Source of the DNA: Candidatus Latescibacterota bacterium
Lineage (GTDB): Bacteria; Latescibacterota; UBA2968
Assembly: GCA_965198115.1 (NCBI GenBank)
Contig: OZ240241.1
Location: 5,696,001-5,760,000 of the forward strand
DNA: 64,000 nucleotides
Direction: 5' to 3'
The notes below the pieces were generated by a model. The model was not told the origin of the DNA and did no database searches. It was given only the letters and a program-made list of their open reading frames with translations. The stretch's first letter is position 1. Each line of letters starts with the position of its first letter. Position numbers and translations under genes: made by a program. Shown here one piece after another: positions 40,863 through 50,179 of the stretch.

Positions 40863-41615
40863 ATGGATGATGCGAAGGCTCTGAAAGAAAGGTTCAAGGA
40901 AGACGGATTCTTGGTCGTTCCGCAGTTCCTTGCGGGCGACGAGTTTGAAGAGGTCGTTGACAACCTGGATCGATATATCCGGGAGATCGTGCCGACCCTC
41001 GCGCCGGAGCATGCGTTTTTTCAAGACCGGTCGAAGCCGGAGACGTTGAAGCAGATGCAGCACATGGGCCGGGATCCGTTCTTCGAGGCGTACAGGAAGA
41101 CGCCGAAGTGGGTGGATCTCGCGGAATCTCTTTTAGGTGAACCTGTGGAAGCGGGGGAACCGGAGTGGTTCAACAAGCCGCCGAATACGGTTCACGTAAC
41201 GCCACCGCACCAGGACAACTACTATTTCAATCTCGTACCGCCGAGTGTGCTGACCATCTGGGTTGCGCTGGATTCGATCGATGAGGAAAACGGCTGTCTG
41301 AGGTATGTGCGCGGCTCTCACAAGGGCGGCGTCCGGCCACATACTCGGTCGACAATCCTGGGGTTCTCCCAGCACATTCCTGACTACGATGATTTGAAAG
41401 TGGATGAAGTGGCCATAAAGCTGAATCCGGGCGATGCGGCTGTGCATCACGCGAACATGATCCATCGAGCCGACCCCAACACGTCAACGGAACGGAACAG
41501 GCGTGCATTCGCGATGGTGATGGAGGGGGAGAGCTGCGAAATCGATGAAGAGGCGATGGCGCGACACTCGGTGACGGCCACGCAGCACGTGAAGGAGTTG
41601 AGCAGCGAGTCATGA
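40863..41615 (+). CDS. PhyH-family dioxygenase
   Basis: FNKPP, TPPHQDNYY, WVALD..DEENGCL, IHRAD.N. Confidence 0.9.
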   Translation: MDDAKALKERFKEDGFLVVPQFLAGDEFEEVVDNLDRYIREIVPTLAPEHAFFQDRSKPETLKQMQHMGRDPFFEAYRKTPKWVDLAESLLGEPVEAGEPEWFNKPPNTVHVTPPHQDNYYFNLVPPSVLTIWVALDSIDEENGCLRYVRGSHKGGVRPHTRSTILGFSQHIPDYDDLKVDEVAIKLNPGDAAVHHANMIHRADPNTSTERNRRAFAMVMEGESCEIDEEAMARHSVTATQHVKELSSES

Positions 41616-42592
41616 ACGTGCTGTGCGTAGGGGGGGGATCGATCGGGGAGCGACATCTTCGCTGCTTCCAGCAGACGGAGCCGTGCAAGGTCGCAATTTG
41701 CGAAACGCTCGATGAACGGCGTGAACGACTCGTGAAGGACTATGACGTCGAGGGATTTCCGTCGATCGACGATGCCCTGCAGCGCGAGTGGGACCTTGTG
41801 ATCGTTGCGACGCCGGCGAACTTTCACATCGAGCACGCGCTGGCGTTCAAAGATTCAACGAAGGCGTGGATGATCGAGAAGCCCTTGAGTACGGGCTTCG
41901 ATCGGATCGACGAGTTGAAAGCGGCTGCCGAAGGGAAAGTGCTGGGCGTCGCGTATGTGTATCGGATCCATCCCGCCTCACAGGCCATTCGCGCGATGAT
42001 CGAGGAAAAGACGTTCGGGGAGCCGCTCGAGGTGACGGTTACGGGCGGGCAGCACTTCCCGACGTATCGTCCCGCCTATCGTGAGATCTACTACACGGAT
42101 CATCGTACGGGGGGCGGCGCGATCCAGGATGGCGCAACGCACATCTTCGATCTGATCCAATATCTGGTCGGTCCGATCGACTGGGTTTTCTGCGACTACG
42201 GTCACCAGGCGTTGGAAGGCGTGGAGGTCGAGGATACGGTCCATCTGACGGGCCGCGCAGGAGGCGGAAAGATCATGATCAACCTGGCCATGAATCAGTT
42301 CATGGCACCGAACGAATCGGCCTTCCAGGTGAACGCCAAGGACGGCAGCATGCGGATGACGTGGAATGAACAGCGCTATGGCACGATGCGGCTGGGCGAT
42401 TCAGAGTGGGAATGGAGCGACGTCCTGGTTCATGAGCGGGACGATCTGTTCGGATGGCAGGCGAAGCGGATGGTGGAAGCGTGTCAGGGCGAGAAACCGG
42501 TTTTGTGTCCTTTGGAAGAGGCGATCCAGGCGTTGAAGGTGAATTTGGCGGCGTTGGAGTCGAAAGGGGAGCGGGTCGTCAGGATAGAGTGA
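41612..42592 (+). CDS. Gfo/Idh/MocA family oxidoreductase
   Basis: GGGSIGERH, IEKPLS, GGGAIQD..TH. Confidence 0.9.
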   Translation: MNVLCVGGGSIGERHLRCFQQTEPCKVAICETLDERRERLVKDYDVEGFPSIDDALQREWDLVIVATPANFHIEHALAFKDSTKAWMIEKPLSTGFDRIDELKAAAEGKVLGVAYVYRIHPASQAIRAMIEEKTFGEPLEVTVTGGQHFPTYRPAYREIYYTDHRTGGGAIQDGATHIFDLIQYLVGPIDWVFCDYGHQALEGVEVEDTVHLTGRAGGGKIMINLAMNQFMAPNESAFQVNAKDGSMRMTWNEQRYGTMRLGDSEWEWSDVLVHERDDLFGWQAKRMVEACQGEKPVLCPLEEAIQALKVNLAALESKGERVVRIE

Positions 42593-42820
42593 GGAAAGCG
42601 AAGGGTATCGGCTTTCTACAGAGCCGCGAAGATGGTGGACGGTAGCGACGGCTTCGCCCCTATGAATTTTGCATTAGATCGCGCCGCTTTTGAGGTGGGA
42701 CTGGCCTCCCGGCCAGGAACAGCCCGTAGCGTGAGCAATGAGGCGATGATTCGGGGCGCATCCACAACGATGCGCGCCATAAAACGCTACCCCAAAGCGG
42801 GCGGGCTGACATCATTCACA

Positions 42821-42863
42821 GAAAAACGAGGGCGGCTGATTACGTGCCATATCAGCCGCCCTC
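42821..42863 (-). terminator. Rho-independent terminator
   Basis: 13-bp stem gagggcggctgat/atcagccgccctc followed by T-tract on the minus strand, downstream of 42955. Confidence 0.6.
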
Positions 42864-42954
42864 ACTATGTTGCGAACCGCCGGGAACTGTGCTGTTTACA
42901 GTTTTTCAGTTCGCAGCCGGGAGGCTGCTCCCACCAGTTACTGTCTAGTGAATC

Positions 42955-43821
42955 TCAACACGAGACGTCTTTGCCCTCCGAACCATACACTGCCAACAGC
43001 TCTTCCTTCGTGACGATGTCGGGGTCGACGCTCTCTGGGATGTAGTGGATCTGGAGGGAGCGACGGCTCTTGTCACTTCGGTTGGCGGGGGAGCCGTGAT
43101 GGAGTCTTCCGTGCCAGAAGAGGATGCCGCCGGGCTGTAGCTCGACCTCGACGACACGATCCTTCGCGACGTCGGTGTCGCAGATCTGCCAATCGCGGAC
43201 CCGGAAGTGGACGACGGGGCCCTCGAGATGCGACCCGGGGATGACGCACATGCTCCCGTTCTCGTGGTTGGCTTCCTGAAGGGCTATCCATACGCTCACG
43301 ATCTCGGTGTCCATCGGCAGATTGAAGTAGGCGTGGTCCTGATGCCAGGGCTTTTCGCGGCCGATGCGGGCAGGCTTCTGCATGGCCTGGTTGCTGTAGA
43401 GCTTGGCTGGCTCTCCCATGATTCGCCCGAGCACGTCGAGCAGGTCGGGGTTCACGTGAAAGTGATCGAGTCGCTCGTCGAACCCGATCCATTGCTGCAG
43501 CTTCCGTACGAAGGTCTTTCGCTCCTCGTCAGGTGCAGCCAGAACCTGTTCTTTGACGCCTCGCTCGAACAACACGCCCTTGTCCCTGAACGTCTCGTTT
43601 TTACCATCGATGATGTCTTCGACAGCTGCGATGGCGTCGGCGATCTGCTCCAGGGAAAAGGCTCGCTCGATGGCCAGAAACCCCTCGGCCTTGAAGCGGT
43701 CGATTTCGGCCTCCGAGACGTTTTCAAACCCGTCGACCGTCTTTGCCTTCCCGGTGGGGACGTAGAGCGACGAGTCATACGGGTCGTCGCCGTGCTTATC
43801 TTCGATGATTTCCTTTAGCAT
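42955..43821 (-). CDS. PhyH-family dioxygenase
   Basis: KPWHQDHAYF, WIAL, NGSM..IPGSH, HHGSPAN. Confidence 0.9.
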   Translation of the reverse strand: MLKEIIEDKHGDDPYDSSLYVPTGKAKTVDGFENVSEAEIDRFKAEGFLAIERAFSLEQIADAIAAVEDIIDGKNETFRDKGVLFERGVKEQVLAAPDEERKTFVRKLQQWIGFDERLDHFHVNPDLLDVLGRIMGEPAKLYSNQAMQKPARIGREKPWHQDHAYFNLPMDTEIVSVWIALQEANHENGSMCVIPGSHLEGPVVHFRVRDWQICDTDVAKDRVVEVELQPGGILFWHGRLHHGSPANRSDKSRRSLQIHYIPESVDPDIVTKEELLAVYGSEGKDVSC

Positions 43822-43898
43822 GTGTGGCTCCTGCTTTCGAGTTCCTGCTACCCGGTTTGTGTGTAAGGCCGAGCGAAGCCTCGTTCTGGCTCCCGGTC

Positions 43899-43945
43899 CC
43901 CTTCGACGGAGTCTATCCTGAGCGAAGACGAAGGGCTCAGGGTGA
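43899..43945. repeat. Hairpin module nested in a same-family hairpin
   Basis: cccttcgacggag[tctatcctgagcgaagacgaagg]gctcagggtga. Confidence 0.7.
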
Positions 43946-44001
43946 TCTCGTCTGATATTCGGTCTATCAAATGTAGGATTGTTTGAGACTGGGGCAATCC
44001 C

Positions 44002-45108
44002 TTATCCGCCCGGGATGTAAAGTGAGCGGTCTGCGACAGGCACCTCGACGCGAGTTCCACCTTGCAAATGGGAATGGGCGATGGCGAATTGGGTCTCGAC
44101 GGCCTGCATGGTGACATCGATGTTTCCGGCCGTCCGCTCACCGGTTTCCAGCTGTTGGATGATGTCTCGAATGTTGCAGACCGTGGGGCTTTCACCCGCC
44201 GCTTTGATGGTGCTCTCTTCGACGGCGTTTTCTCTGCGCGTTCCCCTGCGGATCCGGATTACTTCGCCGTTGTCCCACGCATAGGCGCGTCCCTCCGTGC
44301 CGTAGACCTCGATGTCGAACAGACCGGTCATGGGAATAAAATGTCCCTCGGTCCCGTTGTCGTAGCCGACGCGGAAGAAGTCGACCATCGGATCGGCGAT
44401 TTCCTCGCCCTCGGGAGGGATGAAGGCGTGTTTGTCGGCGTCGTAGTCGGGATAGGCCCGGGGGCGTTGCTTCGCGCCGTCGCCGGCGAGCAGACTGTTG
44501 GGATCGGCGAGCCGACCCTCGACCCATTGCGGCGTGGGATCGCCGAAGAGCATGGCGACGAGGTCGATCGTGTGGGGATGGTGTTTGATGATGTCCGTGT
44601 AGGAGTACATGAAGGCGTAGCGAGGTTCGCCAATTTCGCCGGCGACAATGGCGTCGCGCATGCGCTTGAATCTGTCGTCGTGACGACGCATGGCACCCCA
44701 GTTGAAGGCGACGTCGTTGGCATTGCACGCGGCGGCGATTCTGTCCGCTTCCTCGAGCGACGCACAGAGCCCTTTTTCCGAGAAGATGCCACGGACACCG
44801 TTTTCGGCGCAGAAGATGATGGGCTCGGCGCGGGCGAAAGAAGGTGTCGTGACGCTCACGATGTCGGGTTTCTCCTTCTTGATCATCTCGCGGTAGTCGA
44901 GGTAGGTGTTCGTGACGCCGAAGCGATCGCTGAAACGCTTGAGCCTCTCCTCGCCCCGATTGGCGACGGCGACGACCTCGGTTTCCTCGATAGCGGCATA
45001 GCCGCTGAAGTGGCCGTAGGGGATAACGAACTGATTGGGATCGAGCTCATCCTCGATGAGCCCTCCCATGCGACCAGTACCGATAATGGCGGCTTTGTAT
45101 TTGGCCAT
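44002..45108 (-). CDS. Gfo/Idh/MocA family oxidoreductase
   Basis: AAIIGTGRMG, PDIVSVTT, SEKG; C-terminal SLYIPGG. Confidence 0.88.
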   Translation of the reverse strand: MAKYKAAIIGTGRMGGLIEDELDPNQFVIPYGHFSGYAAIEETEVVAVANRGEERLKRFSDRFGVTNTYLDYREMIKKEKPDIVSVTTPSFARAEPIIFCAENGVRGIFSEKGLCASLEEADRIAAACNANDVAFNWGAMRRHDDRFKRMRDAIVAGEIGEPRYAFMYSYTDIIKHHPHTIDLVAMLFGDPTPQWVEGRLADPNSLLAGDGAKQRPRAYPDYDADKHAFIPPEGEEIADPMVDFFRVGYDNGTEGHFIPMTGLFDIEVYGTEGRAYAWDNGEVIRIRRGTRRENAVEESTIKAAGESPTVCNIRDIIQQLETGERTAGNIDVTMQAVETQFAIAHSHLQGGTRVEVPVADRSLYIPGG

Positions 45109-45335
45109 GAGAACCTCGAAAAACTTGGGACCACCCCTCACATACGTTCGGGGCAGGCTCCACACACGGAACATACCAACGAAAACCTAAACACGAAAAC
45201 CACGAAATACACGAAAAAAGGACGCGTGACTTTTGGGTGGTGCCTGAGCTTCCGACCTCACCGAAGTGATTTGGAAGTGCTTCCTTTGGTCACTGGTTAA
45301 TGGTCATTGGTCGATGGTCAATGAAAGGGGCATCG

Positions 45336-46112
45336 TCACATCCCCCTGGCCAGCCAGCCGCCGTCGACGTAGATGTCCTGGCCGGTGATGTAGGATGAGG
45401 CGTCTGATGCGAGCAGGATGACGGTTCCGGCGAGTTCCGAGACGTCGCCCCATCGGCCAAGGATCGTCCTTTGTGAACGCTGTTCCCGGCGTTCGGGGTC
45501 GTTCCAGCTGGCGAGGGTCGCGTCGGTCTTGAAATAGCCGGGGCCGATGTTGTTGACGCGAATACCGTAGGGACCCAGGTCCAGCGCGAGCGCTTTCGTG
45601 AGCTGCTTCAGGGCTCCCTTTGCCGCCACGTAGGCGGGATTGCCAGGGAAACCACGCTCGGAGTTGATGCTCGTGATGTTGATGATAGATCCGCCGCCGT
45701 TCTCACGCATGAGTTTTCCGAGGCCACGAGCGAGCATGAATGGGGCGTCGGTGTGGATGCGGAAGGTGTTGTCCCAGTCTTCGTCGGGATAGTCGAAGAC
45801 GGGGTGCCCACTCGTGGTACCGGCGGCATTCACGAGGATGTCGAGTTTATCGTGGTGTTGCTCGACGTGAGTGATCAGGCCAGTGAGCTGGTCCCGGTCC
45901 GTGAGATCGCATCGATGGGTTGTGGGACTGTAGCCCTCTGATCTGAATGCTTCCGCAGAGGTCTCGAGACGCTTCTCGTTGGACGCGACGAGAATGACGT
46001 TCGCCGCTGCGCCAAGCAAGGCATTGGCGATGCCTCGCCCCACGCCACGACTGGCTCCCGTCACCAGAGCCGTCTTGCCTTTCAGTGAAAACAGACGATC
46101 AAGATATGTCAC
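45336..46112 (-). CDS. SDR oxidoreductase (gluconate 5-dehydrogenase-like)
   Basis: TGASRGVG, NAAG, YVAAK, GPGYFKT, GQDIYVDGG. Confidence 0.9.
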   Translation of the reverse strand: MTYLDRLFSLKGKTALVTGASRGVGRGIANALLGAAANVILVASNEKRLETSAEAFRSEGYSPTTHRCDLTDRDQLTGLITHVEQHHDKLDILVNAAGTTSGHPVFDYPDEDWDNTFRIHTDAPFMLARGLGKLMRENGGGSIINITSINSERGFPGNPAYVAAKGALKQLTKALALDLGPYGIRVNNIGPGYFKTDATLASWNDPERREQRSQRTILGRWGDVSELAGTVILLASDASSYITGQDIYVDGGWLARGM

Positions 46113-46218
46113 GACGATTCCTTGTAGCGAAGGGGGATCGGTCGGACCAGAGAGGGTCGATTGAAAGACCGCCGTCTTTGGTCATTGGTCAGTTGACACT
46201 GGTCAATGAACCGGGTCA

Positions 46219-47787
46219 TCAGGGCGCCAGCGGTTTTACCCGCGACACATCCTCTATGCCGTGTGGGCGTTCGAAGTCCTTGTAACGGGTCTGGATTTCG
46301 ACGCCGTTGACTGAGCGCTCCCAGCTTGCGCGATCGTCGAGGCTTTCCACGACGACTTCCAGGACGTTTTCACCCTTTCGAAGCAGGTCGGAGTCCAGGC
46401 GGTAACGGAACCAATGTCCCGCGAAGCCGAGAGGTGCATCGACTTCCGTGCGCAGACTGACCGGAATCCGCGTCGCACGTTCATCCGTGACTTCCGCTTC
46501 GTCTAACGGGAGATCGGTGTCGTTGAAGCGGATGCTGAATCGGTCCTCGATGCAGAGGTTCGAGAATCGGACGGTAACGTCGGGCGGGCGCATCTCGCCA
46601 TCGAGTCGCGCGCTTTCCACGTCATCGCTTACGACGATTGGAAGACGGATCGTTTCTCCAGCCAGCATGGATGCGGGCAAATGACGCTCCGGCGGCGCGG
46701 TGAATGTGCCTTCTCCCTCGCGCGGCTGCAGCAGGTATCGCTTGTTGGAACGGCTGTGCGCACCGCCGTACGCGACCTCCCGCAGGATCTGATACTCTGT
46801 TTCACTGAATGGCCAGGGCAAGTAACCTAAATACATGCCCGCAATACCCTGATCGAGGATCGTCTGTCCGAGGGCACGATACATTTCGATGGTGGGAAAG
46901 GCGCTGCGTTCGTCGTAGATGCGGAGAGGTGGACGAACGTAGGCAGCGGATTCGGCGGCATTGGCTGCGTCGGCGAGCCACCGTAGATCGATACCCGTGT
47001 CGATGAATGTGTCGGATACCTGTCCGACGACGAGGTCAACGTGTCTCTGCTCGAGCCAGTGCTCGACGTCGAGGCCGATTTTGAGGTTCTCGTCGCGCCG
47101 GTGGTGGACACGTGCGCATACAGGTATTTCACGACCTTGCGTCTGCCCGACTTCGCGGGTGAGGGCGTGAACCTGGGCGACGAAGTCGTTCATCAGTGGA
47201 GTGCTGGCTTCGACTTCTGACTTTCGGAAATAGGCAGAAAAGAACATGAAGTCGAGCTCGATGCCGTAGTCTTCGAGCGCCTCACGAAGGATCTCGAGCT
47301 TGTCCTGACGCACGAGCTCGTTGGTATAGTCATAGGCGAACTCGAAACCGGGATGGCGGTCATCCTTCTCGTTGAGACAAACGTCTTTGCCGTGCTTCCA
47401 TTTGACCCAGCCACACCGCTCGGCACGCGGCTCCGCGCCATCCTGCAGTTTGAGGCTGGGAAAAACCTTGAGCCCGAGCTCGCGACCACGTTCGACAACG
47501 GCTCGCAGCTGGTCCGTCCCGAGACGTCTCGCTTCTTCGACCATGCGCATGATGCGCCAGTCGATGAAGGACTCCCACACTTCCTTCTCTTCGCCGACGG
47601 TGCGGCCGACCTTCGTGTCGTGGAAGTAGACGTCGCCGTAGCCAAGCCCGAAGACCAGGAGGTCTACACCGGTTCCGACGAGTTCATCGATCGGCCAGTT
47701 GAGTTTGTGTCGATTGAGGGGCGGCTCGAGACGCTTGGCGTGGAAGTGATGCGCGTCGCTGTAGTAGATGAGGCGAGGGCGAAACAC
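46219..47787 (-). CDS. Hypothetical protein, glycoside-hydrolase-like TIM barrel plus beta-sandwich
   Basis: RLIYYSD, GIELDF, GLDVEHW, LRKGENVLEV; GTG start just after the upstream stop. Confidence 0.6.
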   Translation of the reverse strand: MFRPRLIYYSDAHHFHAKRLEPPLNRHKLNWPIDELVGTGVDLLVFGLGYGDVYFHDTKVGRTVGEEKEVWESFIDWRIMRMVEEARRLGTDQLRAVVERGRELGLKVFPSLKLQDGAEPRAERCGWVKWKHGKDVCLNEKDDRHPGFEFAYDYTNELVRQDKLEILREALEDYGIELDFMFFSAYFRKSEVEASTPLMNDFVAQVHALTREVGQTQGREIPVCARVHHRRDENLKIGLDVEHWLEQRHVDLVVGQVSDTFIDTGIDLRWLADAANAAESAAYVRPPLRIYDERSAFPTIEMYRALGQTILDQGIAGMYLGYLPWPFSETEYQILREVAYGGAHSRSNKRYLLQPREGEGTFTAPPERHLPASMLAGETIRLPIVVSDDVESARLDGEMRPPDVTVRFSNLCIEDRFSIRFNDTDLPLDEAEVTDERATRIPVSLRTEVDAPLGFAGHWFRYRLDSDLLRKGENVLEVVVESLDDRASWERSVNGVEIQTRYKDFERPHGIEDVSRVKPLAP

Positions 47788-47788
47788 G

Positions 47789-48892
47789 TCAGTCTCGTGT
47801 CCAGGTGCCGATCTGCTCGGCATACCAGTCGGCGCCGTGGACCTCTTTTTTATTGTACATACGGCCGTCCTTGGGCACGATTTTCAGGCTGCGATCCTGC
47901 AGGGGAACGCGGATCGGCGCGTGTCCCTGCCGATGGGACTCTCGAAAGGCGATGGCGATTTCGAGAGCGTTGCGCATGATGTGGCCGGGGCAGGCAGGCT
48001 CGGTGCCTTTGTCGAGGGCATCGACAACCGATTGGACGCCCGATTGATTGCGGAACCCGGGAACCCGCCAGCCTTCCTCGTCGAACGAGCGATCACCGAT
48101 CCTCGACTCGGGGAAGCGATCCACGTCTTCGACGAGCTGGTCCAGCCGCGTGGGTTCGTTTCCGTCGGCGCTCTTCCAGAGCCTGAAGGTGAAGTAGTCG
48201 CTGTAAGAAGACGCCGTGGGTACAGATGATTTCGATACCCTTTTTCGCCGCAGACTGGCAGTGGGAGAACGCTTCGATCCCGTTTGCGTAGCGGACGTAA
48301 CCACCCATGCCCTGGTCGGCGTCGGTGGCTGGATCCTCCACGACCCATCCCGTAACCCAATCGATGTCGCCATCGCCGGCGAACAGGCCTTTGACGCATA
48401 GCCCCTGGCAGCCGCCCCCGGAGATTTCATTCGTGGCTTGGTAGAGGTTGATGGTGCGGATCGGGCCGATTTCGCCTTCGTCGATGAGGGTTTTTGCGTC
48501 CCAGAACTGGGGGAAGCTCCTGTAGGCGTCTCCCGCGGCGAACGGGATGTCCTTGCACGCCTCGACCATCCGGTCGGCCTCTTCCAGGCTGCAAGCCATT
48601 GGTTTTCGCAGAAGATGGCTCGAACACCGGCCTCCGCACAGGCGATGACGGCCTCGGGATGGGCGTTCACTGGAAGGATCGGTGCCGCGATGTCGATGTC
48701 TTCGCGTTCGAGCATTTCACGGTAATTGCTGTAGCCTTTTTCGAGGTTGAAACATTCGCAAAACAGCGCGAGGTTGTCGGGGTCGGCATCGGCAGCGGCG
48801 ACCACCTCTGTCTGGGGGTGGAGGGCATAGGCACGGGCGTGCCCCGTTCCCTTTCGACCACAGCCGATGACACCGACGCGATAGGTTGTCAT
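47789..48892 (-). CDS. Gfo/Idh/MocA oxidoreductase with two compensating frameshifts (near 48604 and 48205)
   Basis: GVIGCGRKG; EKPMACSLEEAD restored by one added A; middle part encoded by ORF 48093-48599. Confidence 0.8.
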   Translation of the reverse strand: MTTYRVGVIGCGRKGTGHARAYALHPQTEVVAAADADPDNLALFCECFNLEKGYSNYREMLEREDIDIAAPILPVNAHPEAVIACAEAGVRAIFCENQWLAAWKRPTGWSRRARTSRSPRETPTGASPSSGTQKPSSTKAKSARSAPSTSTKPRMKSPGAAARGYASKACSPAMATSIGLRDGSWRIQPPTPTRAWVVTSATQTGSKRSPTASLRRKRVSKSSVPTASSYSDYFTFRLWKSADGNEPTRLDQLVEDVDRFPESRIGDRSFDEEGWRVPGFRNQSGVQSVVDALDKGTEPACPGHIMRNALEIAIAFRESHRQGHAPIRVPLQDRSLKIVPKDGRMYNKKEVHGADWYAEQIGTWTRD

Positions 48893-48974
48893 GGGAAAGA
48901 CCTCTGATAGGGTTTGAACGGGAAGATATCGACTCGATGAGGATCCAGCAAACCAGCGAAAGGTAGCCCTGAAA

Positions 48975-49988
48975 GTGCAGAGCGTCGAAGTGAACGGGAT
49001 GACTGTCAGCATCGTGGATCGCGTGAACGTCTATGTGGACCCGGACCGAGATCTGCACGGCCCGCGCGTGGTTCGGGCAGGGAACGGCGACCTGCTTCTG
49101 AGTCACCAGGATTCCCTCGAGCACGGGGGACGAGACGGGTTCGCACACCAGTGGCGAAGCTCTGATAACGGTTTCACGTGGGCGGATGAAGGACCGGTGG
49201 CCGACTGGCGAGATCGTGGCTTCGATTCCCTGTTCGGGGAGTACGGCCTGACGCCCGATGGGCGACTCACGATGGTGGTTCAACGGCGAGAGATCCTGGG
49301 TGGTGACATAGGGATCGTCGGCTCCTGGATACAGGTGAGTGGCGATCACGGGAAGACGTGGCGTGAGATCGGTCCGATGGATGACAGCGACACCTACGCG
49401 GTGATGTTCGCGAGGAATCTGGTGCTGCACGATGACGTTTTGTATGCGGGTGTCTGGTCGCGGCACGGGAATGCGTTATACGTGAGCAGGGATGGCGAAT
49501 CGTGGTCGAAGCGGAGTATCATTTTTCCGAATGACGATCCGGAATTCCCGAAGCTGAAAGATGCGGGTCCACCCTTCTATCCTCACGTGGTGATGTGCCC
49601 CGACGGATCTATGCTGGCGATGACGTATCACACACCGCCGGTACATCATTGCTTTTCCCGGCGGAGCCAGAATCTGGGTGAAACGTGGGAGCCGATCGTG
49701 AAGGAGACCGGGCTGAAGCTGTGGGCACCACGCATGAACCAGTTTGATGATGAGACGCTGATCGTGACGGGGCGAGACATCGAGATGGGCGCGACGGTTG
49801 CCTATTTCTCGACCGATAGAGGAAAGACGTGGGGGAGCAAGCTCGTTGTGGACAAACCGGCGTTCAAGGGGAGCTACGCGTATTCGGATTCGATCGATGC
49901 CGGGGATGGACGATTTTGGGTGTTCACGAGTAGTCCGCAGAGTGAAGGGAAGGGGGACATTATTGGTGTTTTGCTCGAGAGACGATGA
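48975..49988 (+). CDS. BNR/Asp-box (sialidase-like) beta-propeller protein
   Basis: SSDNGFTW, SGDHGKTW, SRDGESW, SQNLGETW, STDRGKTW. Confidence 0.85.
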   Translation: MQSVEVNGMTVSIVDRVNVYVDPDRDLHGPRVVRAGNGDLLLSHQDSLEHGGRDGFAHQWRSSDNGFTWADEGPVADWRDRGFDSLFGEYGLTPDGRLTMVVQRREILGGDIGIVGSWIQVSGDHGKTWREIGPMDDSDTYAVMFARNLVLHDDVLYAGVWSRHGNALYVSRDGESWSKRSIIFPNDDPEFPKLKDAGPPFYPHVVMCPDGSMLAMTYHTPPVHHCFSRRSQNLGETWEPIVKETGLKLWAPRMNQFDDETLIVTGRDIEMGATVAYFSTDRGKTWGSKLVVDKPAFKGSYAYSDSIDAGDGRFWVFTSSPQSEGKGDIIGVLLERR

Positions 49989-50179
49989 TTTCGCATTCCC
50001 GAGCTGCGAGCAGGCGAGCTCTCCTTTGGAAGGCAGTCGAGCAGGCGTGGTATGGGTCTGAGCCTGTTGTCATCCTTTTCGGAGTCGAAGGATGTTCTTT
50101 TACCGAGGACTGACACTTCGACTGCGCTCAGTGTGACGGTGTTCGTTCTCACGGTAAGTGTTAGGAAAAGGAATCAACC

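Noticed and set aside
42632-43045. 137-aa ORF or ncRNA between convergent genes
   Set aside because: No motifs; contains GTGG-type REP remnants (also near 55158) and a terminator
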